Shown here piece after piece: positions 57,043 through 64,000 of a stretch of 64,000 nt of DNA. The stretch is from the NCBI GenBank assembly GCA_902791235.1, contig CADAUV010000003.1:9016-73015 (forward strand), given 5' to 3'. Every line of letters starts with the position of its first letter. Position 1 is the stretch's first letter. A model generated the notes under the pieces. It was not told where the DNA came from and ran no database searches. It saw nothing but the letters and a program-made list of their open reading frames with translations. The position numbers and the translations under genes are program-made. The stretch is from Oscillospiraceae bacterium (GTDB lineage: Bacteria; Bacillota; Clostridia; Oscillospirales; Acutalibacteraceae).

Positions 57043-58206
57043 TTATAGCTCTTTTTCGATTATTTTTCTTGCCTGTGCGAGGGTTATTTTTTTCTCAAGC
57101 GCAAGGGCTCTGAGAGAGTCAAATTCGATTTTGCTTTTCTCCGTTTCAAAACCCTTCGAGCGTTTTATAACCGCATTTTCCGTTTCAATAAACTCGCGCT
57201 CAAGGGTATAACGGCTCGGCTTATACCTTCTTATTCCTATGCTTGAGGTATGAAGGAAAATCAGCCGCGCAAATTTCTCCTCGTCCGCATTTTTACAGAG
57301 GACCGTGAAAAGATATGCAGGTCTGCCCTTTTTCATAATTATCGGTGAAATAAAGCAGTCAAGCGCGCCCTCGCTCATCATAACCTCCGCGGCAAAGCCT
57401 GCCTCCTCGCCTGTCATATCGTCGATATTACAGGAAAGCTCAGTTATACTGTCGTCGCTGTAAAGAAAAGCCCTGAGAATGTTTGCCTGCGAAAGCTCCT
57501 TCGTGCCTGCGCCCACACCGATTTTCTGAGCTCTGTCAAGGCTCGGCGCGGCTGTAAACTCATCCGTAAAATACTTTAACACAGCAGCGCCCGTCGGTGT
57601 GCAAAGCTCCGTTTTAATTTCGCTTTTATAATACGGCACGCCTGTCAGAATATTCGCCGTTGCAGGCGCAGGAACGGGAAGAACGCCGTGCGCACAGTCT
57701 ACCGTACCGCTGCCGACATTAATCGGAGAGCAAAGAATTTTTTCGGGAGAAAGCTTGTTAATCAGATAGGCTGACATTGTGATATCGGCAATTGCATCAA
57801 GCATACCGAGCTCATGAAAATGTATTTCACTGACCTCCCTGCCGTGCGCCTTCGCCTCAGCCTCAGCCACGATTTTATATATGGCTTTGACATCATTTGC
57901 GACCTTTTTGTCAATGTTAAGAGCGTCAATAATTTCTTCAATCTCCGCCGTATTTCTGCCGTGGTGATGGTGATGATGGTGGTGGTGATGCGAGTCATCG
58001 CCCTCCTCCTCGCCGTCTACAATCACGCTCAGGTGAGTGCCGGGAATACCGCTTTGCTCCTTCACACCGTATTTTATTTCAGTATGAGGAAGACCGAGCG
58101 CATTAAGCTCAGCCGTGATTTCCTCCTTGTTTTCAAACAAATCCACAAGTGCCGACGCAAGCATATCGCCTGCGGCGCCCGTTTCACATTCAAAAAACAG
58201 ATTCAT
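57043..58206 (-). CDS. larC: Nickel insertase for the NPN cofactor
   Basis: GAAGDM, poly-His tract, AEA.AHG..IHFHE, CAHG.LPVPAPAT, TPTGAA, NIDDMTGE, MKKGRP. Confidence 0.92.
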   Translation of the reverse strand: MNLFFECETGAAGDMLASALVDLFENKEEITAELNALGLPHTEIKYGVKEQSGIPGTHLSVIVDGEEEGDDSHHHHHHHHHHGRNTAEIEEIIDALNIDKKVANDVKAIYKIVAEAEAKAHGREVSEIHFHELGMLDAIADITMSAYLINKLSPEKILCSPINVGSGTVDCAHGVLPVPAPATANILTGVPYYKSEIKTELCTPTGAAVLKYFTDEFTAAPSLDRAQKIGVGAGTKELSQANILRAFLYSDDSITELSCNIDDMTGEEAGFAAEVMMSEGALDCFISPIIMKKGRPAYLFTVLCKNADEEKFARLIFLHTSSIGIRRYKPSRYTLEREFIETENAVIKRSKGFETEKSKIEFDSLRALALEKKITLAQARKIIEKEL

Positions 58207-58213
58207 AATAACC

Positions 58214-58960
58214 TCACATTTTATTAATCATACTTGCGAGATAGCCTGCGCCGAAGCCGTTGTCGATATTAACAACGCTTACGCCGCTTGCGCAGGAATT
58301 GAGCATTGACAGAAGCGCTGACAGTCCGCCGAAATTCGCACCGTAGCCAACGCTCGTCGGCACCGCTATAACAGGACAGTCAACCATACCGCCGATTACA
58401 CTTGCAAGAGCGCCCTCCATACCTGCGACAGCCACAACAACGCGCGCGTCGGCAAGAAGCTCTGCATTGTCAAAAAGTCTGTGAACGCCCGATACGCCGA
58501 CATCATAAAGGCGCGAAACCTTATTGCCGTAGTATTCGGCGGTCAGCGCCGCCTCCTCGGCAACGGGTATATCGCTTGTGCCGCCCGTGGCAATTACGAT
58601 ATTCCCCCTGTTTGTACCTTCGGGCTTCTCTCCGGCAATACCGATTTGTGAAAGGCTATCGTAAAAAATAGGAATATCCGTTTTAAGATAATCCGCGCTC
58701 TCGGGCGAAAGCCTCGTAACGAGAACGCTTTTCACGCCCGATGAAAGCATATGATTTACAATTCCTTTTATCTGCTCCTTAGTCTTGCCTGCGCCGTAAA
58801 TGACCTCATTTTCGCCCTGACGCACACCCCTGTGAGTATCAATCTTGGCATAACCAAGGTCATCATAAGGCATAAGCTTTATTTTTGACATAGCCTCCTC
58901 GGGCGACACACTGCCATCCTTAACTTCATTCAGAAGCGCCTGAAGCTCCTCCTTATTCAT
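58214..58960 (-). CDS. larB: NPN cofactor biosynthesis carboxylase/hydrolase
   Basis: GTSDIPVAEEA, DVGVSG.HRL, AGMEGAL, PTSVGYG, VVNIDNGFGA. Confidence 0.94.
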   Translation of the reverse strand: MNKEELQALLNEVKDGSVSPEEAMSKIKLMPYDDLGYAKIDTHRGVRQGENEVIYGAGKTKEQIKGIVNHMLSSGVKSVLVTRLSPESADYLKTDIPIFYDSLSQIGIAGEKPEGTNRGNIVIATGGTSDIPVAEEAALTAEYYGNKVSRLYDVGVSGVHRLFDNAELLADARVVVAVAGMEGALASVIGGMVDCPVIAVPTSVGYGANFGGLSALLSMLNSCASGVSVVNIDNGFGAGYLASMINKM

Positions 58961-58977
58961 CGGCTCTCTCCTTTTCA

Positions 58978-59706
58978 TCAACAGTGATTTTTTTTATAGT
59001 AACGCGACAACACTGAAAAAACAGCGTCCCTGTCGCTGACGAGCATTTCTGCTTCCTTTTTTCCAAGCTCAAGCCTGCAGCCCTCGCCGTTATTCCTCAC
59101 GCGAAAATTACGGTAGCCGCGAGCGCGAAGCTCATTTTCCGCTCCTTCGGTTTTATCAAGGAGCTCCCCGGTAATCTCAGTACCCGTCGGCACTCTTGTG
59201 GCAAGGCAGGCATAGGACGGCTTATCGAAAACAGGAAGTCCGTTTTCCCTTGCTATCCGCCTTATATCGCCTTTAGTATAGGAGCAAAGACGAAGCGGCG
59301 AATAAACGCCGAGCTCGCCAAGAGCGCGAAAGCCCGGTCTGTCCGATATGTCGTCGCTTGCGTTCGTGCCGTCAAGCACCGTGCCAAAGCCGTCAGCCCT
59401 CGCCGCTGAAATTATACTTTTAAAAACTCTGTTCTTACAGTGATAGCACCTGTCGGCAGGATTTGCGCTTATCGTCTTATCGCTGAGGATATCCGTATAA
59501 AGCACCTCAAGCTCAGCGCCGAGAAATGCTGAAACCGTCCTTGCGTCCTCAAGCTCAAACTCAGGCTGGAACTGCGATTTCACAAAATACGCCTTAACGC
59601 GCTTTGCATATTTTTTTGCAAAAAGCAGCAAAACGCAGGAGTCTACACCGCCCGAAAAAGCGACCGCTACCTCGCTGTGCTTTTCAAAAAATTCCGATAT
59701 GTCCAT
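58978..59706 (-). CDS. larE: ATP-dependent sulfur transferase (C-terminus probably frameshifted in an A8 run)
   Basis: AFSGGVDS PP-loop, RCYHCK, DGTNASD...RPG, KPSYACLATR. Confidence 0.9.
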   Translation of the reverse strand: MDISEFFEKHSEVAVAFSGGVDSCVLLLFAKKYAKRVKAYFVKSQFQPEFELEDARTVSAFLGAELEVLYTDILSDKTISANPADRCYHCKNRVFKSIISAARADGFGTVLDGTNASDDISDRPGFRALGELGVYSPLRLCSYTKGDIRRIARENGLPVFDKPSYACLATRVPTGTEITGELLDKTEGAENELRARGYRNFRVRNNGEGCRLELGKKEAEMLVSDRDAVFSVLSRYYKKNHC

Positions 59707-59876
59707 ACTATCACCGAATTAATAATAGCAGAAATCAGCCCGATTATAAAGATTTTTCTTAAAATTTTAAGACAGATAAACAAAACACTACGATTACAGA
59801 GGCATATGTTGTATATAATCAGCAGTATTGAAATACGCCGCGCTGTCATTTATAATGTACTAAACGGGGTGATAAT

Positions 59877-60848
59877 ATGAGAAAATATAACTGGGCTTGT
59901 ATCGGCTGCGGCCACATTGCAGGCGAAATGGCGGAGGCTCTTGAACAAAAGGGTATGAATTTTTACGCCCTTTACAGCAGGACTCAGAAAAAGGCGGAGG
60001 CCTTCGCAAGACGCTTCGGTATAGAGAAGGTTTACGGCAGTATCGGGGAAATGCTCGGTGATAAGAGCATTGACATAGTGTACATTGCCACGCCTCACAA
60101 CAGACATCTTGAATACATAATAAAGGCTGCGCAGGCAGGCAAGCACATACTCTGTGAAAAGGCAATCACCTTAAACAGCTACGAGCTTGCGCTTGCGAAA
60201 AAGGTATGTGAGGAAAACGGTGTTATTCTTGCTGAAGCGATGACGATTTACCATATGCCGATATTCAAAGAGGCTGAAAAAATCATCAAAAACCAAAGCC
60301 TCGGCAGGCTGAAACTAATCGAAGTAAATCTCGGCACAAGCAAGGAATACGATATGACAAACAGGTTTTTTGCCAAGGAGCTTGCAGGAGGCGCAATGCT
60401 TGATATCGGCGTTTACGCGCTTTCCTTTGCGAGATTTTTTATGAGCGAAAACCCGACTGAAATAAAATCCGTATACACTCTCGCACCGACGGGTGTTGAC
60501 GAGCAGGCGGTAATTCTTCTGAATAACGGCGCTAATGAGATGGCAAGTGTTACGCTCTCCCTGACGGCAAAGCTTCCGCGAAGAGGTACCGCTTCATTTG
60601 AAAACGGATATATCGACTTTGAAAGCTATAACCGCTCGACAGCGGCAACGATATATTTTAACGACGGCAGAAAGCCTTTAAGACTTGAAAGTAATCCTGA
60701 CCTCTCGCCGCTCACCTATGAGATTGAGGATATGGAGGCGGCTTTAAGCGGAGAAAACATAATGCGCCTTAACCTCACAAAAGATGTTATGGAAATAATG
60801 ACAAGGCTCAGAAGCGAATGGAAGGTGCGCTATCCCGAGGAGGAATAA
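59877..60848 (+). CDS. Gfo/Idh/MocA family oxidoreductase
   Basis: IGCGHIA, DIVYIATPH, GKHILCEK, GGAMLDIGVY. Confidence 0.92.
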   Translation: MRKYNWACIGCGHIAGEMAEALEQKGMNFYALYSRTQKKAEAFARRFGIEKVYGSIGEMLGDKSIDIVYIATPHNRHLEYIIKAAQAGKHILCEKAITLNSYELALAKKVCEENGVILAEAMTIYHMPIFKEAEKIIKNQSLGRLKLIEVNLGTSKEYDMTNRFFAKELAGGAMLDIGVYALSFARFFMSENPTEIKSVYTLAPTGVDEQAVILLNNGANEMASVTLSLTAKLPRRGTASFENGYIDFESYNRSTAATIYFNDGRKPLRLESNPDLSPLTYEIEDMEAALSGENIMRLNLTKDVMEIMTRLRSEWKVRYPEEE

Positions 60849-60874
60849 CAGTCAAAGCTTTATATGTAATAAGT

Positions 60875-60909
60875 AAAGGGTTATATCTGAAATTCAGATA
60901 TAACCCTTT
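60875..60909. terminator. Terminator between convergent genes
   Basis: AAAGGGTTATATCTGAA/TTCAGATATAACCCTTT. Confidence 0.85.
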
Positions 60910-60911
60910 GT

Positions 60912-61859
60912 TTACATAACATCGTTAATAACTGTCCTGAGCATTTCAGCGGATTTATTCAAATCCTCGGACTCCTTCCTGTTAAGCTCAATCGGCACAA
61001 GCGCCTCAACGCCGTGCTTGCCGACGATTGCAGGCATACTCAGGCAAACGCCGTCAATTCCGTAATTGCCCTTCTGAAGACTTGAAACGGGCAGAATTGA
61101 CTTTTCATCACGGACAATCGCCTCACAGATTCGCTTAACGCTCATAGCGATTCCGTAATAGGTTGCGCTCTTTTTCTCAATAATTTCGTAAGCGCTGTTT
61201 TTAACATCCTCGGCAATCTCGTGCATTGCCTTATTGTGATGATAATGTCCCCTCATTTCGCAGAAGCTCTGAAGCGGAATTCCCGAAACATTTGCGCTTG
61301 ACCACGCGGCAATCTCGCTGTCGCCGTGCTCCCCGATGATAAAGGCGTGAACGCTTCTCGGGTCAACCCCGAGATGCTCTCCGAGGAGGTATTTAAGCCT
61401 TGCGCTGTCAAGCACCGTACCCGAGCCGAACACTCTGTTTGACGGAAAGCCACTGAGCTTGAGAGCCGCATATGTCAGTATGTCAACAGGATTTGCGACA
61501 ATCAGGAGTATACCGTCCCTGTTATATTTTGCAATCTCGGGAATAATACTTTTAAAAATACCCACATTCTTTTTTACAAGGTCAAGCCTTGTTTCACCCG
61601 GCTTCTGTCCTGCGCCTGCGGTAACAATAACAATCGACGCGTCGGAGATGTCAGCGTAATCGCCTGCGTAAATCTGCATAGGTTTGGCAAAGGGCAGACC
61701 GTGGCTGATATCAAGCGCCTCGCCCTCAGCCTTACTTGTATTTGAATCAATCAGCACAATCTCGGAAAAAAGTCCGCTTTCCATAAGCGCGAACGCCGAC
61801 GCCGAGCCGACGAAGCCGCAGCCCACAATCGCCGCCTTCCTGCTGTTAAGTTCTACCAT
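60912..61859 (-). CDS. ldh: L-lactate dehydrogenase
   Basis: VGCGFVG, QKPGETRLDL, NPVD, LDSAR, GEHGDS, ATYYGI. Confidence 0.94.
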   Translation of the reverse strand: MVELNSRKAAIVGCGFVGSASAFALMESGLFSEIVLIDSNTSKAEGEALDISHGLPFAKPMQIYAGDYADISDASIVIVTAGAGQKPGETRLDLVKKNVGIFKSIIPEIAKYNRDGILLIVANPVDILTYAALKLSGFPSNRVFGSGTVLDSARLKYLLGEHLGVDPRSVHAFIIGEHGDSEIAAWSSANVSGIPLQSFCEMRGHYHHNKAMHEIAEDVKNSAYEIIEKKSATYYGIAMSVKRICEAIVRDEKSILPVSSLQKGNYGIDGVCLSMPAIVGKHGVEALVPIELNRKESEDLNKSAEMLRTVINDVM

Positions 61860-62081
61860 AATACCACTTCCTTTTTGTATTATACCCTGAATACGCTCAG
61901 GCATTTATTTCAGCTAATTATAACATATATATTACACTTTGTCATCATATGTATTTTAAAAACTAAAAGCCATATAATTTCTGGCAAGTTTAATATAATA
62001 CAATTGTAAATTAACTCATAAAATGTTATAATAAAAATAAAGCAGAAGGCTTATAAAAAAGCCTGATTAGGGGGAAAAGTT

Positions 62082-63512
62082 ATGTATGATGTTCTGATTA
62101 TCGGCTGCGGAATAATGGGCGCTTCCTGCGCTTATTATCTGAGCAGGTACGATATCAAGCTCGCAGTGCTTGAAAAGCACAACGATGTCTGTATGGAAAC
62201 GACGAGGGCTAACAGCGCAATCATCCACGCAGGCTACGACCCTGAGCCCGGTACCTTGTGCGCAAAATACAATGTAAGGGGTAATGAGCTTGCAAAGGAA
62301 ATATGCGAAAAGCTCGATATTTCATACAAGCAGATAGGCTCGCTTGTCGTTGCATTTTCAAATGCGGAGCTTGAAACGGTAAACAAGCTTTATGACAGGG
62401 GTATAAAAAACGGCGTGCCTGATATGAGGGTTATCGACAAAGATGAGCTCAGACAGCTTGAGCCGATGATTTCAGATGAGGCATGCGGTGCGCTTTACGC
62501 GCCGAGCGCGGCTATTGTCAATCCGTGGGAATACGGTATTGCAATGGCTGAAACGGCAGTGAGAAACGGCGCAAAGCTCTTTCTTGACACCGAGGTTGTC
62601 GGCATTACGAAAACCGAGGAGGGCTGGAGCGTCAAAACTCAGGACTGCGAATTTGAAACAAAATTTGTAATAAACGCCGCAGGCGTATGGGCGGACGATA
62701 TTCACGCCTATGTAGCAGAGCCGACCTTTAAAATTACACCGAGTGCAGGAGAATACTACCTGCTTGACAAGAGCGAGGGCAGCCGTGCAAACCATGTTAT
62801 TTTCCAGTGCCCCAACGAGCTTGGAAAGGGCGTTCTCGTTTCACCGACGGTTCACGGCAATCTGATAGTCGGTCCTAACGCAATTAAATCCGAAAAGGAC
62901 GACACGACCACAAAAACCTCCTCCCTTGATTTTATAAGGAAGGCTGCCTCTAAATCCGTCCCTTCGATAAATTACAGGGAAAACATCCGTAATTTCACAG
63001 GCGTGAGAGCGAACACCGAATCGGGAGATTTCGTTGTTGACTTCCCTGCCGAAAACTTCCTTGACCTTGCAGGCATCAAGTCGCCGGGTCTTTCCGCCGC
63101 GCCTGCTATCGCTGAGGACGCGGTAAAGCTCCTTTCGGAAAAAGGGCTTTACCTCAGGGAAAAGGAGAGCTTCACCGATACAAGAAAAAAGATACGCTTC
63201 AAGCATCTGCAGAAGGAGGAGCAAAACGAGCTTATCGCAAAAAACTCCGCTTACGGAAGAGTTGTATGCAGATGCGAAACTATCACCGAGGGTGAAATCC
63301 TTGACGCACTTGCGTCGCCGATTCCTCCCGTTTCACTCGACGGCATAAAGCGCCGCGCAGGCACGGGTATGGGCAGATGTCAGGGCGGCTTCTGCGGTCC
63401 TAAAGTTCTTGAAATTATGGCGAAATACAAGGGCGTACCGTACGAAGCAATACTTCAGGACGACGACGGAAGCTTCATCTTAACAGGCGAAACAAAGACG
63501 GGAGGCGCTTAA
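62082..63512 (+). CDS. FAD-dependent oxidoreductase with C-terminal BFD-like [2Fe-2S] domain (glycerol-3-phosphate dehydrogenase/LhgO-like)
   Basis: IGCGIMG, NSAIIHAG, GIKSPGL, CRCE...GRCQGGFC. Confidence 0.88.
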   Translation: MYDVLIIGCGIMGASCAYYLSRYDIKLAVLEKHNDVCMETTRANSAIIHAGYDPEPGTLCAKYNVRGNELAKEICEKLDISYKQIGSLVVAFSNAELETVNKLYDRGIKNGVPDMRVIDKDELRQLEPMISDEACGALYAPSAAIVNPWEYGIAMAETAVRNGAKLFLDTEVVGITKTEEGWSVKTQDCEFETKFVINAAGVWADDIHAYVAEPTFKITPSAGEYYLLDKSEGSRANHVIFQCPNELGKGVLVSPTVHGNLIVGPNAIKSEKDDTTTKTSSLDFIRKAASKSVPSINYRENIRNFTGVRANTESGDFVVDFPAENFLDLAGIKSPGLSAAPAIAEDAVKLLSEKGLYLREKESFTDTRKKIRFKHLQKEEQNELIAKNSAYGRVVCRCETITEGEILDALASPIPPVSLDGIKRRAGTGMGRCQGGFCGPKVLEIMAKYKGVPYEAILQDDDGSFILTGETKTGGA

Positions 63513-63513
63513 T

Positions 63514-64000
63514 ATGACATATGATTTAATCGTAGTCGGCGGAGGACCTGCAGGTCTTGCGGCAGCGCTTGCCGCACACGAAAAGGGACTTACCGATATA
63601 CTTATTATCGAGAGGGACAGGGAGCTTGGCGGTATACTTAATCAGTGTATACACAACGGCTTCGGACTCCACTATTTCAAGGAGGAGCTTACAGGACCCG
63701 AGTACGCAGGCAGATTTATAAAGATGCTTGAGGGTACGGGTATAAAATATATCTGCGACACAATGGTGCTTGATGTAACGCAGAACAGAGAGGTCCACTG
63801 TATTAACCCCAAGGAGGGCTACCGTATTCTGAAAGCCAAGTCAATTGTGCTTGCAATGGGCTGCCGTGAGCGCACGAGGGGCGCTATCTCAATCCCCGGC
63901 ACCCGTCCTGCAGGCGTACTGACAGCAGGCGCCGCTCAGAGATTTGTCAATATCGAGGGGCATATGGTAGGAAAGAGAGTTGTTATTTTAGGCTCGGGCG
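63514..64000 (+). CDS. Pyridine nucleotide-disulfide family oxidoreductase, 3' truncated by window (absent from ORF track)
   Basis: MTYDLIVVGGGPAGLAAA...GGILNQCIHNGFGLH...LTGPEYA; RBS GGAGG. Confidence 0.88.
   Translation, partial: MTYDLIVVGGGPAGLAAALAAHEKGLTDILIIERDRELGGILNQCIHNGFGLHYFKEELTGPEYAGRFIKMLEGTGIKYICDTMVLDVTQNREVHCINPKEGYRILKAKSIVLAMGCRERTRGAISIPGTRPAGVLTAGAAQRFVNIEGHMVGKRVVILGSG

Noticed and set aside
57958-57992. CAC/CAT tandem repeat as a contingency locus
   Set aside because: Encodes the normal His-rich nickel-binding tract of LarC

Overview
A Firmicutes (Clostridia-type, probably Oscillospirales; inferred from gene content) chromosomal window in two halves. Positions ~1-41370 are a large integrative conjugative element (ICE) abutting the 3' end of tRNA-Pro(CGG) at 41376-41452. 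No integrase is visible, so it probably lies beyond the left edge. The ICE carries a ~38 kb minus-strand gene run: metallophosphoesterase, ParB, lipoprotein, thioester/isopeptide/ester adhesin, a repeat-flanked WxL-like/LRR cassette, small unknown genes, a 3271-aa DarB-like methylase/SNF2 helicase, a low-GC paralog pair, DUF3848 x2, a toprim protein, putative oriT, MobC, relaxase, PcfB, an ArdC-like protein, VirD4, pilin, VirB6, PrgI, VirB4, sortase B and a cell-wall hydrolase. Plus-strand defence-like cargo (Hna-like helicase-nuclease C-terminus, AbiE-like pair) sits at the left edge. Positions ~41500-64000 are host genes (GH25, DAHP synthase, purBC, ddh, dapF, ANTAR, glgBCDA, larEBC, ldh, FAD oxidoreductases). 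The most notable observations are: (1) a shared acidic/basic C-terminal ...(E/S/A)R-stop motif on about ten cytosolic ICE proteins, a candidate conjugative translocation signal; (2) an intact TnpV-like gene with its own RBS nested out of frame inside the giant helicase gene; (3) a two-gene surface cassette bounded by a 29-bp direct-repeat hairpin; (4) several tandem diverged paralog sets on the presumed leading side of oriT; (5) many internal terminators that suggest antitermination. All family calls come from motif recognition by eye, not database searches.
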